A stretch of 64,000 nucleotides of DNA, from contig JAMWCF010000001.1 of the NCBI GenBank assembly GCA_023818695.1, forward strand, positions 595,306 through 659,305, read 5' to 3'. The notes below the pieces were generated by a model, which was not told the origin of the DNA, searched no databases, and worked only from the letters and a program-made list of their open reading frames with translations. The number at the start of each line of letters is the position of its first letter. The first letter of the stretch is position 1. This DNA is from Candidatus Omnitrophota bacterium (lineage in GTDB: Bacteria > Omnitrophota > Gorgyraeia > 1-14-0-20-64-10). A program made the position numbers and the translations under genes. This document shows positions 8,824 to 18,738 of this stretch, in pieces.

Positions 8824-9690
8824 CTAGGAAACGACTCGGACAGTATCCCCTTCCTTCAACTGGGTTTTCTGCTCCTCCACCAGGATGGTCGCGGCCGACA
8901 TGTTTTCGTAAAGCCGCTCCACTTGGGCTGCGCCGATCTGCTTGCCGCTCCTGAAGACATTCATCCGGGTACCGACCTCTATTCCGTCGTTGGAGCCGAG
9001 GTTCACGACGACGAAATTGAACTCCCTGTTGACCACCAGGACCTTCCCTTCCATGTCGGCAGAGGAGGGAGCGGCCGAAACGGCGATCCGCTCCGGCTGC
9101 GGTTGGGAAGCGACCGGAGCGGCGGCCGCCGGCGAGGCCGGAGCGGCTGGGGAAGCGCCCACCGGCGCGGCGGGCCGGACAACGATCCGTTCCGCCTGTG
9201 AGCTCTGGGCCGTCAACATCTCCTTCACCCGTTTTTCCAAGGCCTCTTTGGCCTGACGGAGGGTGGTCAGCTCATTGCTCAAGGCCTGATAGCTCTGCTT
9301 GGCCCGGGCCAGCTCATCGGCCACGGCCTTCTTCTCGTTTTCCAGCCCCCGCAGCTTTTCATTCAGCGAAGCGGCTTCCGAACGGACCTTGGTCAGCTCC
9401 CCGGACAGGGTCTCTCTGCTCCGCTTCTCGGCGGCCAGATCATCCGCCAGCTTCTTCGCCTGCGAGGCGGCGTCCGTCAGCTGCGTTTCCAGCGTCTGCT
9501 TGACGCTCTTGAGCTCCTCTATCTCCTTTTCCAGCGCCGCCTTGGCGATCTTGATCTTCTCCAGCTGATCCTCCACCCAAATGCGGCGGTCACGCTCCTT
9601 ATTCCGGTCAAGGAAGATAACGGCGGCGGCAGCGATCGCCCCCACCAAAGCCAGGGATAAAAGAATGGTGCCTAATTTGGGCTTGCCCAT
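8824..9690 (-). CDS. Membrane-anchored coiled-coil protein with small C-terminal beta domain (function unknown)
   Basis: Likely start is the ATG at 9690, with GGAGG 6 nt upstream. It has one TM helix and about 150 aa of heptad-like KELEx repeats, then an Ala/Pro linker. The C-terminus reads KVLVVNREFNFVVVNLGSNDGIEVGTRMNVFRSGKQIG. Confidence 0.6.
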   Translation of the reverse strand: MGKPKLGTILLSLALVGAIAAAAVIFLDRNKERDRRIWVEDQLEKIKIAKAALEKEIEELKSVKQTLETQLTDAASQAKKLADDLAAEKRSRETLSGELTKVRSEAASLNEKLRGLENEKKAVADELARAKQSYQALSNELTTLRQAKEALEKRVKEMLTAQSSQAERIVVRPAAPVGASPAAPASPAAAAPVASQPQPERIAVSAAPSSADMEGKVLVVNREFNFVVVNLGSNDGIEVGTRMNVFRSGKQIGAAQVERLYENMSAATILVEEQKTQLKEGDTVRVVS

Positions 9691-9742
9691 AAACATCCTC
9701 CGTTCGGTTGAGAGAATGAACGCAGTGTAGCACACCCTTTTT

Positions 9743-10669
9743 TCATGGCGCAAGTCTTTTCAAAGTCTGCTGGAGTTCCTCCGGCAGAGGAGAAACGAAC
9801 CGGACCTTTTTGCGCGTGGCCGGATGCGTGAATCCCAGCCGGTGGGCGTGAAGGGCCTGCCGCGGCGCTCCCTGCTGCGCGCCGTAGCGGCGGTCCCCCA
9901 GGATCGGGTGCCCCACGTGGGCCAGATGGACACGCAGTTGATGGGTCCGGCCGGTCTGCGGGTACAGCTCCAGAAAAGTGGCGTTGGAAAACCGCTTCAG
10001 CACCCGGTAGCGGGTGATCGCCTCCCTGCTGTGCGCGCCGCTGCGGACCGTCATTTTCTGCCGTCGTTTCGGATCCCTGCCGATCGGCTCCCGGATGGTC
10101 CCTTCATCCTGCGCCACAACCCCCTTGACGATCGCTTGATAGACCCGCTCCACGCTCCGATCGGAAAACTGGCGGCTGATGGCCCGGTGGGTCGCGTCAT
10201 CCTTGGCCACCACCAGAATCCCGGAGGTATCCTTATCAAGCCGGTGGATGATCCCCGGTTTGAACGGACCGGCCATGGAGGACAGCGCCAAACCGCGTCC
10301 CAACAGAGCGTTGACGAGCGTCCCGGCAGGGTGTCCGGGGGCGGGATGCACCACCAGTCCCGCCGGCTTATCCACGATCAGCAGCCACCGGTCTTCATAC
10401 AAGACGGAAAGGGGGATCGCTTCCGGTTTTAACGCAAGTCCTGCCGGCGGGGGAACCTCCATGTCGATCCGATCTTCCGGCGCGATCCGGTCGGAGGGCT
10501 CGCATGGCTCGCCGTTGATGAATACCCTTCCCTCTTTCATCAGCTGCTGGATCCTGGCGCGGGAGAGATCCGGGTTGCGCCCCGAGAGAAAAAGATCCAC
10601 CCTTGTGGACCGTTCTTCAGGCGGGACCCGGAAGCGACGGATGTCGGTGAAGGCAACGGGACCTGTCAT
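9743..10669 (-). CDS. rluD: 23S rRNA pseudouridine synthase, RluA/RluD family
   Basis: N-terminal S4 domain plus the catalytic block HRLDKDTSGILVVAKD. Confidence 0.9.
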   Translation of the reverse strand: MTGPVAFTDIRRFRVPPEERSTRVDLFLSGRNPDLSRARIQQLMKEGRVFINGEPCEPSDRIAPEDRIDMEVPPPAGLALKPEAIPLSVLYEDRWLLIVDKPAGLVVHPAPGHPAGTLVNALLGRGLALSSMAGPFKPGIIHRLDKDTSGILVVAKDDATHRAISRQFSDRSVERVYQAIVKGVVAQDEGTIREPIGRDPKRRQKMTVRSGAHSREAITRYRVLKRFSNATFLELYPQTGRTHQLRVHLAHVGHPILGDRRYGAQQGAPRQALHAHRLGFTHPATRKKVRFVSPLPEELQQTLKRLAP

Positions 10670-10679
10670 CGCTGGACAT

Positions 10680-11423
10680 TCAGGAGGAGGCCGGCGCCGG
10701 CCTTCTCGACAAGAGCATCGCGAAGGAAATGAAAACCGCTCCTGCGCTCCACCATTGGAAAACTGTCAATCCAAAGGCAAAAGGAGGGTTGTCCCCCCGG
10801 AGGAACTCGATGAGGAAGCGCCACGCACCGTAGAGAAGGCCGTAACTCAACGTGACGACTCCCGGCCGGAATCCGGCCCTACCGATCCCTTTGAGGATGA
10901 AATAAAAGATGAAGAGGATTCCCGTTTCATAGAGCTGGACCGGATGCCTGGCAACCGAATCGCCGGGAAAAACAACGGCCCACGGCAATCCGCTCGGCGT
11001 GCCGTAACAGCAACCGTTCAAAAAACAGCCAATCCGGCCGACGGCATGGGCCGCGACCAGGGCCGGCATCATGACGTCGAATGTCCTCCACGCCGGCATC
11101 CGTTTCGAGCGAACGAACCAAACGGCCGACGCGATGCCAGCGGTCAACCCACCGTAGAAGACGAGCCCCCCCCGGTCCAGCCGAATCACCTCAACGGGAT
11201 GGGACACAAAGAAAGGGAAATTCAAAGCGACAAAAGCTAGCCGGGCGCCGAGCAGACCGGCCGCCAGCGCCAGGATGGCCAGCGTTTGAATCTTTTCAGG
11301 ATCCAGGCCGGCGGCCCGGGCCCTGCGCTGGGCGATGGAGAGTGCGAGAATGAAGCCGATGGCCATCATCAGGCCGTAGCTATGGATGGTGAAATGGCCG
11401 AACTTCAATAGTGTGGGATACAC
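10680..11423 (-). CDS. lgt: Prolipoprotein diacylglyceryl transferase
   Basis: Polytopic protein with YGLMMAIGF, GGLVFYGG and GRIGCFLNGCCYG blocks typical of Lgt. Confidence 0.9.
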   Translation of the reverse strand: MYPTLLKFGHFTIHSYGLMMAIGFILALSIAQRRARAAGLDPEKIQTLAILALAAGLLGARLAFVALNFPFFVSHPVEVIRLDRGGLVFYGGLTAGIASAVWFVRSKRMPAWRTFDVMMPALVAAHAVGRIGCFLNGCCYGTPSGLPWAVVFPGDSVARHPVQLYETGILFIFYFILKGIGRAGFRPGVVTLSYGLLYGAWRFLIEFLRGDNPPFAFGLTVFQWWSAGAVFISFAMLLSRRPAPASS

Positions 11424-11436
11424 GAACTAAGAGCCC

Positions 11437-11877
11437 TTAATTATAACGCAGCATCTGCCAGGCCAGAAACAGTGCCCCGACGGTGATGCAGGAATCGGCA
11501 ACGTTAAAAACCGGCCAGACCCGGAAATCGAGAAAATCGATCACCCCGCCAAACCGGAACCGGTCGATCAGATTGCCGACCGCCCCCCCCAGGACCAGGC
11601 CGAAACTCACGAGGAACAGGGTCCCCCTGGCTTCCACGCGCCGCCACAGGGACCAGAAGAGGGCGGCGATGATGACGAACGTCGCCAGTGTCACCGGAAT
11701 GCTGTATCCCTTCAAGAGCCCGAAGGCGACGCCGGTATTTTTGACAAGGGTTAGATGGAAAAAATCCGGAATCACCGGATAGGTGGAGACGTTGGCCAAA
11801 AAATCTATCATCCAGGCCTTGGAAACCTGATCGACCAGAATAACGAGGAGGGTGACGCCGAAGATCCGGTTAGACAG
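11437..11877 (-). CDS. lspA: Lipoprotein signal peptidase II (start codon uncertain)
   Basis: NTGVAFG, GGAVGNLIDR and FNVADSCITVG are LspA motifs. The conserved TM1 (LLVILVDQVSKAW) lies upstream of the first ATG at 11811. No ATG, GTG or TTG exists between it and the TAG at 11887-11889, so CTG at 11877 is used here as a provisional start. Confidence 0.8.
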   Translation of the reverse strand: MSNRIFGVTLLVILVDQVSKAWMIDFLANVSTYPVIPDFFHLTLVKNTGVAFGLLKGYSIPVTLATFVIIAALFWSLWRRVEARGTLFLVSFGLVLGGAVGNLIDRFRFGGVIDFLDFRVWPVFNVADSCITVGALFLAWQMLRYN

Positions 11878-11886
11878 GGGCCCCCC

Positions 11887-12291
11887 CTATTCGCCAAGCC
11901 CGTAGGAGGATCCGGTCTCGCGGCGTCCCGTCTCTTCTTTGGCCTGGCAGGCGATGCACAGCCGCGCGTAAGGAATGGCCGTCAGACGCCGTTTGTTGAT
12001 CGGTTTGCTGCAGGAAAGGCAGTCGCCGAAACTCTTCTCCTGCACCCGCTTGAGGGCCTCATCGATCTCGTAGAGGATCTTCTGCGCGTTAGTGGCCAGC
12101 CCGAGGGAAAATTCCCGGTCGTAGCTGTCGGTCGCGGAATCGGCGATGTGAAGCGAATAGCCCGAGAGGTCCCCCGCGGCGTCCCTCGGAGACTGCAGCG
12201 CGTCCTCCTCGATGTGCCTCATCGCTTTGAGGATCTCCTCTTTCTTTTTAACGAGGAGCTGCTTGTATTTATCCAGATCTTTTTTCAACAT
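11887..12291 (-). CDS. DksA/TraR-family C4 zinc-finger protein
   Basis: Coiled-coil N-terminal region plus CLSC-N17-CIAC (CLSCSKPINKRRLTAIPYARLCIAC). Confidence 0.85.
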   Translation of the reverse strand: MLKKDLDKYKQLLVKKKEEILKAMRHIEEDALQSPRDAAGDLSGYSLHIADSATDSYDREFSLGLATNAQKILYEIDEALKRVQEKSFGDCLSCSKPINKRRLTAIPYARLCIACQAKEETGRRETGSSYGLGE

Positions 12292-12308
12292 GGTGGGCTT
12301 GCATTATA

Positions 12309-15125
12309 TCAGAGTTTACCCGCAGAAAAAGACGGTTTTGCAATATTTTCGACGCACCGATGGCAGAGGGCCGGGTGCTGTGCGGACCGGCCCACCGTGG
12401 GTAGGCGCATCCAGCAACGCTGGCATTTTTCGCCGGCGGCCCGCCGGACATGGATGGAAATCGGCTCCCCGCCGGGGGCGGACCCCTTCACCAGCCTCAA
12501 ACCCGATACGATGCAGGCCGCGGCCGCCTCCTGCTCGTGTGCTTTCAGGAACTCCCACTGCTTCTCGTCCCGGACGGTGATCTCCACCTCCGCCTCCAGG
12601 GAATCGCCGATGATCTCCTGCTGGCGGGCCTTTTCCAGCGACTTCATTATCTCGTCCCGCAACCGCAGAAGCTCCTCCCAGGTCTTCTCCAACTCCGCAT
12701 CCCTCGGCGGCAGGGTGTCGGCAGCGGGCCAATTGCTCATCTGGACCGGCGGAGCACCTGCCCGATGCAGGGCCTCCCACGCCTCGGAAGCGGTCACCGG
12801 CACCAGCGGCGCCGCCAGACGGATCAGCACGTCGGCGATGGTCCGGATCGCCGTCTGCGCCGAAAGCCGCTGGGGATTCTTGGGGTGAAAAGTGTAGAGC
12901 CGGTCCTTGACGACGTCCAGGTAGAAGTTCGACATCTCCACGGCGCAGAATTCGTGGATCGCCTTCACGACCCGGTGAAACGCATACTGGTCATAGGCCG
13001 CGGTGACCTCCTCCGCCAGGGCGTGCAGCCGGGAAAGGGCCCACCGGTCGATTTTCTCCAGGCGGGAAAAATCAGGCGGGCCGGCCGGCTCGAAATCGGA
13101 AACGTTGGCCAGACAGAACCGAATGGTGTTTCGGATCTTCCGGTAGAGATCAGCCACCTGGCCCAGGATCTCTTTGGAGAGGCGGATATCCTCCTTATAA
13201 TCGGAAGAGGCCACCCAAAGCCGCAGAACGTCGGCCCCTGTAGAGGCGATCACCTCCTGCGGCGCGATCACGTTTCCCAGCGATTTCGACATCTTCCGCC
13301 CCTGTCCATCCACCACGAAACCGTGGGTCAGGACCGACCGGTACGGTGCCGCCCCGTCCAGCGCGGCGGCGGTGATCAGCGATACCTGGAACCATCCCCG
13401 GTGCTGGTCGGACCCTTCCAGATAAAGATCAGCCGGATAAGAGAGCTCCTTCCTGCGCTGGAGAACCCCCCGGTGGCTGACCCCGGAGTCGAACCAGACA
13501 TCCAGGATGTCGGTTCCCCGGGTGAAGGAGGTCGAGCCGCAGCGGCATCTGAAGTCCGGCGGCAGCCAGGCGGTCACCGGCTCGGTGAACCACTTGTCGC
13601 TGCCTTCCGGATCCTTCTCGATTGCGTCGGCGAACCGCTGAATCACCGCCGGCTCCAGGATCCCTTCCCCGCACCCGGAGCAGATTACCGCCGGGATCGG
13701 GATCCCCCACAGCCGCTGGCGCGACAGACACCAGTCCGGCCGCAACCCCACCATGCTGCCGATCCGATCCTTCCCCTCAGGCGGGATCCAATGGACCTGG
13801 TGCCAGATGATCTCCCGAATCTTCTGCCGCAGGTTCTCATGGTCAATCTTCAGAAACCACTGATCGGTGGCCCGGAAGATGATCGGATTGTGACACCGCC
13901 AGCAATGGGGGTAATCGTGTTCCAGCGTGGCCACGCCCAGGAGATGGCCGCTGGCCTTCAGTTTCTCAATGACGGCCGGATTGGCCTGCTGGACCTGCCG
14001 CCCGTTGAACTCCGAAACCTCCTTCGGCAGCCCGGCGAACTTTCCCTGTGCGTCGACCGGCGCCAGGACCTCCAAATCGTACTTCCGGCCTGTTGCGTAG
14101 TCCTCGGCGCCGAATCCCGGCGCGGTATGAACGAGCCCGGTGCCGTCCTCAGCGGAAACATAGTCGGCTAAAACAACCTTCCCGTGCCGCAATCCGAACG
14201 GATGCAGGTAGGCGAGCCCCTCCAGAGAGGATCCTCTTATCCCGTCAACAAGCTGTCTCGACTCCCCGACCAAAACCCTGGCGCCCGGAGGCGGAGTGGA
14301 AAGGACGATCCATCCCTCCTTCCTTCCCCGGCCCCACACGGCGTACGAAAAGGATGGGTGCACCGCCACAGCAACGTTGCCCATGAGCGTCCAGGGGGTT
14401 GTCGTCCAGATAACAAGAAAAAGATCCTTCCCTTTCAGAGCGGGGAATTGTCCGGCCAGCCCGGCGCAGGCGGCCTCATCCAGCTTGAACTTCACGTAGA
14501 TCGACGGGGAGCTGTGCCGCTCGTACTCCACCTCCGCCTCCGCCAGCGCGGTCTCGCAGGACCAGCACCAGTTCACCGGCCGCCTGGCCCGGTAGACAAA
14601 CCCTTTCTGCGTCAGCTCCGCCAGCACCCGCAGGGCGGCGGTGACGTAGCCCGGCTCCAGCGTCAGGTAAGGGTTCTCCCAGTCGCCCAGCACCCCCAAC
14701 CGTTTGAACTGGTCCCTCTGGATGCCGACGTATTTCTTGGCGTACTGGCGAGCCTTGCGCCGGAAATCGGTCACATCCACCTGGTCCTTCGAGACCTTCA
14801 GTTCCTTCATGAGGGCGTACTCGATCGGCAGGCCATGGCAGTCCCATCCCGGGATGTAGGGGACCCTCTTGCCCCGCAGGATCTGGTAGCGGACCACGAA
14901 ATCTTTCAGGGTCTTGTTGAGGGCGTGGCCCATGTGGATATCCCCGTTGGCGTAGGGAGGGCCGTCGTGCAGAATATAGACGGGGGCTTTCTCCCGTGCG
15001 CAAAGGATTGTCCGGTAAAGCCCCTCCTTCTCCCATTTGGCCAGCACAACCGGTTCCGTCTGGGGCAGGTTTGCCCGCATCGGGAAGTCTGTCTTGGGAA
15101 GGTTCAGCGTGTTTTTGTAATCCAT
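12309..15125 (-). CDS. ileS: Isoleucine--tRNA ligase
   Basis: 938 aa with the HIGH-type motif (PPYANGDIHMGHALNK), KMSKS and a C-terminal Cys cluster (CQRCW...CHRC). Confidence 0.97.
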   Translation of the reverse strand: MDYKNTLNLPKTDFPMRANLPQTEPVVLAKWEKEGLYRTILCAREKAPVYILHDGPPYANGDIHMGHALNKTLKDFVVRYQILRGKRVPYIPGWDCHGLPIEYALMKELKVSKDQVDVTDFRRKARQYAKKYVGIQRDQFKRLGVLGDWENPYLTLEPGYVTAALRVLAELTQKGFVYRARRPVNWCWSCETALAEAEVEYERHSSPSIYVKFKLDEAACAGLAGQFPALKGKDLFLVIWTTTPWTLMGNVAVAVHPSFSYAVWGRGRKEGWIVLSTPPPGARVLVGESRQLVDGIRGSSLEGLAYLHPFGLRHGKVVLADYVSAEDGTGLVHTAPGFGAEDYATGRKYDLEVLAPVDAQGKFAGLPKEVSEFNGRQVQQANPAVIEKLKASGHLLGVATLEHDYPHCWRCHNPIIFRATDQWFLKIDHENLRQKIREIIWHQVHWIPPEGKDRIGSMVGLRPDWCLSRQRLWGIPIPAVICSGCGEGILEPAVIQRFADAIEKDPEGSDKWFTEPVTAWLPPDFRCRCGSTSFTRGTDILDVWFDSGVSHRGVLQRRKELSYPADLYLEGSDQHRGWFQVSLITAAALDGAAPYRSVLTHGFVVDGQGRKMSKSLGNVIAPQEVIASTGADVLRLWVASSDYKEDIRLSKEILGQVADLYRKIRNTIRFCLANVSDFEPAGPPDFSRLEKIDRWALSRLHALAEEVTAAYDQYAFHRVVKAIHEFCAVEMSNFYLDVVKDRLYTFHPKNPQRLSAQTAIRTIADVLIRLAAPLVPVTASEAWEALHRAGAPPVQMSNWPAADTLPPRDAELEKTWEELLRLRDEIMKSLEKARQQEIIGDSLEAEVEITVRDEKQWEFLKAHEQEAAAACIVSGLRLVKGSAPGGEPISIHVRRAAGEKCQRCWMRLPTVGRSAQHPALCHRCVENIAKPSFSAGKL

Positions 15126-15127
15126 GG

Positions 15128-15970
15128 TCAGCGGGCTGCCGATTTATCGAGGCCGATCTTTTCGATCAGGCCCGATATCAAACGGGTCACCTTCGGCTCC
15201 GCGGCCCTGGCGATCTCCAGGATCTCCTCCAGGACGGCCGGCTTGAGGATCTCCGGGATGCACATGTCGGTGATGCAGCTGACTCCCAGAACCCGCATCC
15301 CGCCGTGAACCGCCGCCAGCACCTCCGGCACCGTGGACATCCCGACCGCGTCGGCCCCAATCCCCCTTAAGAACCGGTACTCCGCCTTTGTCTCCAGATT
15401 CGGGCCGACCACCGCCACGTACACACCCCGGCGAAGCGGGATGTCGCATTCCCTGGCGACCAGCTCCGCCAGCCGCATCAGCTCCTCATCGTAAGGGGCC
15501 GACATATCCGGAAACCTCAAACCCACGGCGTCGTCGTTCGGACCGATCAGGGGATTGACACCCATCAGGTTGATGTGGTCGCTGATCAGCATCAGATCCC
15601 CCGCCTCGTAATCCGGGTTCATCCCTCCCGCCGCGTTGGAGATTAGAAGGGTCCTGGCCCCCAGTGCCCGCATCGCCCGCACCGGATACGCCACCTGGGC
15701 GGCGGTATACCCCTCATAAACGTGGAACCGCCCCTCCATGACGACCACTTCTTTCTCCGCCACCCGGCCGAAAACCAGCTGTCCCTTGTGGCTCTCCACG
15801 GTCGCCCTGGGAAAATGCGGGATCTGCGAATAAGGGATCTCCCGTGCGCCCCGGATCTTCCGCCCGAACCCTCCCAGACCGGTCCCTAAAATCACGCCGA
15901 TCTCCGGCTCGGACTGAACCGTCGCCCGCAGCGCCCCGACCGTTTCCTTCAGCTGCTCGGAGAGGGTCAT
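15128..15970 (-). CDS. Purine nucleoside phosphorylase (trimeric PNP-I family)
   Basis: GVILGTGLG, GRFHVYEGY, ISNAAGG and GADAVGMSTVPE blocks. Confidence 0.9.
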   Translation of the reverse strand: MTLSEQLKETVGALRATVQSEPEIGVILGTGLGGFGRKIRGAREIPYSQIPHFPRATVESHKGQLVFGRVAEKEVVVMEGRFHVYEGYTAAQVAYPVRAMRALGARTLLISNAAGGMNPDYEAGDLMLISDHINLMGVNPLIGPNDDAVGLRFPDMSAPYDEELMRLAELVARECDIPLRRGVYVAVVGPNLETKAEYRFLRGIGADAVGMSTVPEVLAAVHGGMRVLGVSCITDMCIPEILKPAVLEEILEIARAAEPKVTRLISGLIEKIGLDKSAAR

Positions 15971-16263
15971 CGCATCCGCATCCCCATGTCCAGGAGCGTC
16001 CGAACCAGAAAATGCTGCACCCCCTGCAGAAGGAGCAAAACAACGATCGGCGAGATGTCGATCATCCCGATGGGAGGAATGATCCGGCGGGCCGGTTCCA
16101 GCACCGGATCGGTCGCCTTGTGAAGAAACTGGACGACCGAATTGAATGGGTCCGGATTGACCCAGCTTGCCAAAACACGAAAGATGATGATCCAGGTGTA
16201 GATCGTCAGCGCCCCATTGAGGATCTGCGCCAAAGCGGTGAAAAGATTGCCGATCACGAACAT
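15967..16263 (-). CDS. yggT: YggT-family membrane protein
   Basis: The internal ATG at 16263 gives 98 aa (MFVIGNLFTALAQILNGALTIYTWIIIFRVLASWVNPDPFN...), typical YggT. The longer track ORF (to 16419) overlaps proC and is Arg/Gly-rich. Confidence 0.8.
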   Translation of the reverse strand: MFVIGNLFTALAQILNGALTIYTWIIIFRVLASWVNPDPFNSVVQFLHKATDPVLEPARRIIPPIGMIDISPIVVLLLLQGVQHFLVRTLLDMGMRMR

Positions 16264-16267
16264 CGCT

Positions 16268-17080
16268 TTATCCTCCCATCTCTTTCGCCCGGGCCGCGGC
16301 CGACCGAATCCCTCTTTCCAGAACCGCGCCGAGTTGCCCTCGTTCAAAAACCTTGAACGCCGCCTCCGTGGTCCCTCCCTTGGAGGTAACCCGCGCCCGC
16401 AAAGCACGCGGGTCCTCACCGGAAGAGGCGGCCAGCAGGGCCGCGCCGGCAGCCGTCTGCAAAACCAGCTCCTGGGCGACGGCCCGCGGCAGCCCCAGCG
16501 CGCGCCCAGTCTCGATCATCTTCTCCATCAGGTAAAAGAAATAAGCCGGCCCGGAACCGCTGACCGCTGTCACGGCGTTGATCATCCGCTCCGGCACGCG
16601 GACCACCCGTCCGACGCAGCCCAGAATCCGCTCGGCGGTCCGCAGAGCCCCTTGCCCCGCCGCTGTGCCGCCGGCGACGGCCGACATCCCGACCCCCACC
16701 AAAGCGGGGGTATTGGGCATCACACGAACGACCGGAATCCCCTTGCCGAGCCGTTTTTCAATCCAGCGGGTCGAAACACCAGCCGCAATGGAGATCACCA
16801 GCGGCCGGTGCGCCAGGGAACCTTTGATCTCCTCCAGGACCTCCTCCATCTGCTGGGGCTTGACCGCCAGGATAATGATTCCGGCGCGGGCCGCCTCCGG
16901 ATTGGAGCAGCCGACGCGAACTTTGAAAACCCGGCTGACCTTTTTCAGCTTTCCTCTGTCCGAATCCCAGACAACCAGACTCGACGGGTGCATGAAACCG
17001 ACCTTCAGCATCCCATGGATCAGGGCCTGCCCCATGTTCCCGCACCCGATCACTCCGATTTGCACCCTTCTATCCTTCAC
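16268..17080 (-). CDS. proC: Pyrroline-5-carboxylate reductase
   Basis: [14 protein letters not shown] Rossmann motif and the C-terminal [10 protein letters not shown] block. Confidence 0.92.
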   Translation of the reverse strand: MKDRRVQIGVIGCGNMGQALIHGMLKVGFMHPSSLVVWDSDRGKLKKVSRVFKVRVGCSNPEAARAGIIILAVKPQQMEEVLEEIKGSLAHRPLVISIAAGVSTRWIEKRLGKGIPVVRVMPNTPALVGVGMSAVAGGTAAGQGALRTAERILGCVGRVVRVPERMINAVTAVSGSGPAYFFYLMEKMIETGRALGLPRAVAQELVLQTAAGAALLAASSGEDPRALRARVTSKGGTTEAAFKVFERGQLGAVLERGIRSAAARAKEMGG

Positions 17081-17750
17081 CTTTCACCTGCGCCCTTTCA
17101 CCGAAGATCGCCGTCCCCACCCGCACCATCGTCGCCCCTTCCTGCACCGCCACCTCAAAATCGTTGCTCATGCCCATTGACAGTTCAGCCAACCCCAGGG
17201 AGGCCGCTAATTCCCGAACAGACCGGAAAACCGGACGGGCCTCCTCGGGGTCCTGCGCGAAGGGCGCCATGACCATCAGCCCTTCCAGCCGGAGCCGGTC
17301 CATCCGTTTGACTCGCTCGACCAAATCGGCCGTCTGCTCCGGTGAAACCCCGTAGCGGCCCTCCGCCCGCGCGGCGTTGACCTGCACCAGCACCCGAACC
17401 GGCCCCCTTCCCATCGTTTGCGCCGATTTCTGGATCGATTCGGCCAGCTCGAGCCGGTCCAGGGAGTGGATCACATCGAAGATCTCAAGCGCGGTTTTGA
17501 CCTTGTTCCGCTGAAGATGACCGATCAGGTGCCAGGTCGGCTTCCGGCCCAAAACCGGCTGCTTTTCGGCGGCTTCCTGCACCCTGTTCTCGCCCAAATC
17601 GGCGACACCGCAGAAGAGCGCCTCCTGGATCTTGTCCGTTGGAATCCCCTTCGTCACGCAGACCAGTCGAACTCCGACAGGATCCCGGCCGACCGCCAGA
17701 GCGGCCCGCCGGATCCGGGAACGGACCTCTTCGAGGTTTTTTCCGACCAT
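17070..17750 (-). CDS. yggS: YggS-family pyridoxal-phosphate homeostasis protein
   Basis: RLVCVTKG (PLP lysine), [19 protein letters not shown] and VRVGTAIFG. The start is taken at the ATG at 17750. Confidence 0.88.
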   Translation of the reverse strand: MVGKNLEEVRSRIRRAALAVGRDPVGVRLVCVTKGIPTDKIQEALFCGVADLGENRVQEAAEKQPVLGRKPTWHLIGHLQRNKVKTALEIFDVIHSLDRLELAESIQKSAQTMGRGPVRVLVQVNAARAEGRYGVSPEQTADLVERVKRMDRLRLEGLMVMAPFAQDPEEARPVFRSVRELAASLGLAELSMGMSNDFEVAVQEGATMVRVGTAIFGERAQVKGEG

Positions 17751-17820
17751 GAACTGCCCATTATAACAGAACTTCTCCGGGGCGGTTGCACACTTCACCC
17801 GGCCGTGGTACGGTGGCTAC

Positions 17821-18738
17821 ATGCGGATCTGCTCCCTTCTTCCCTCGGGAACCGAAATCCTCTACGGGCTCGGGCTCGGACGCTCCCTGGTAGGCCGAAG
17901 CGACGACTGCGACTACCCCGCCCAGGTCAAAAGGAAACCCCAGGTGGTGACCAGCCGGGTGGCGCGCCTGGCCCCCCAGGACAGCCAAAAAATCCATGAG
18001 GCGGTCCTTCAATTGCGCCGCCAGAGAAAACACCAGTTCACGCTGGACATCCCGGCGCTCAAGAAGCTCAAACCGGACTTGGTCGTCACCCAGAACATCT
18101 GCGCCGTCTGCGCCGCCTCCCACCCGGAGGTGGAGGCGGCCATGCGGGAGCTGGCGCCGATCCCTCACATGGTTTCCCTCTCGGCCACAAAACTTCGGGG
18201 CGTCCTGGAAGAGATCCGCCTGCTGGGAGCGGCCACCGGCCGGCAGACGCAGGCCCAAAAACTGATCCGGCAGTTGGAACATCGGATCAGCAGGATTCAA
18301 ACGAAGGTCCAAAAGACGAAAACCCGCCCGAGGGTCTGGTGCTGTGAGTGGCTTGAACCTTTGATGGCGGCCGGACACTGGCTGCCGGAACTGGTGGCTC
18401 TGGCTGGGGGCCAGGACCGGCTCGGGTTTCCCGGGGATGAGTCCCGCTGGCTGGATTGGCAAGAGGTCCGCCGCTACGATCCGCAGGTGATCATCGTCAT
18501 GCCCTGCAGCTATTCGATCCCCCAAACCGTGCGGGAACGGTGGCGGCTGACCCGCCGACCCGGCTGGAAGGAATTAAGCGCCGTCCGGAACAGCCGGGTT
18601 TTCGCCGTCGAGACAAGTTTTTTTCACCGGGCCGGTCCCCGGTTGGTGGACGGCCTCGAACTGCTGGCCGCCCTCATCCACCCCGATCTTTTCTCCGCAG
18701 CCCCGCTCCTCAAAAAGCGGTTCCGCCCGCTCCTATAG
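17821..18738 (+). CDS. Periplasmic-binding-protein-fold protein (cobalamin/siderophore-binding family) with no evident signal peptide
   Basis: MRICSLLPSGTEILYGLGLGRSLVGRSDDCDYP and KPDLVVTQ resemble BtuF/FecB-type class III binding proteins. The N-terminus begins directly with the first beta-strand. Confidence 0.7.
   Translation: MRICSLLPSGTEILYGLGLGRSLVGRSDDCDYPAQVKRKPQVVTSRVARLAPQDSQKIHEAVLQLRRQRKHQFTLDIPALKKLKPDLVVTQNICAVCAASHPEVEAAMRELAPIPHMVSLSATKLRGVLEEIRLLGAATGRQTQAQKLIRQLEHRISRIQTKVQKTKTRPRVWCCEWLEPLMAAGHWLPELVALAGGQDRLGFPGDESRWLDWQEVRRYDPQVIIVMPCSYSIPQTVRERWRLTRRPGWKELSAVRNSRVFAVETSFFHRAGPRLVDGLELLAALIHPDLFSAAPLLKKRFRPLL

Noticed and set aside
11884-11892. Idea that the in-frame TAG between the dksA-like gene and lspA is read through to make a fusion protein.
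   Set aside because: TAG is used as an ordinary stop elsewhere in the window (for example 18736-18738). The two proteins are independent families with opposite localisation. A non-canonical start or a sequence error is more parsimonious.
12450-14171. Long plus-strand ORFs antisense to recognised genes. Examples are 12450..14171 (573 aa), 693..1571, 22008..23171, 44234..45883, 52710..54209 and 41407..42531.
   Set aside because: They are fully overlapped by minus-strand genes with unmistakable family signatures (ileS, GGDEF, ALDH, GT4 and others). They are Arg/Pro/Gly-rich with no recognisable motifs, as expected for shadow ORFs in GC-rich DNA.
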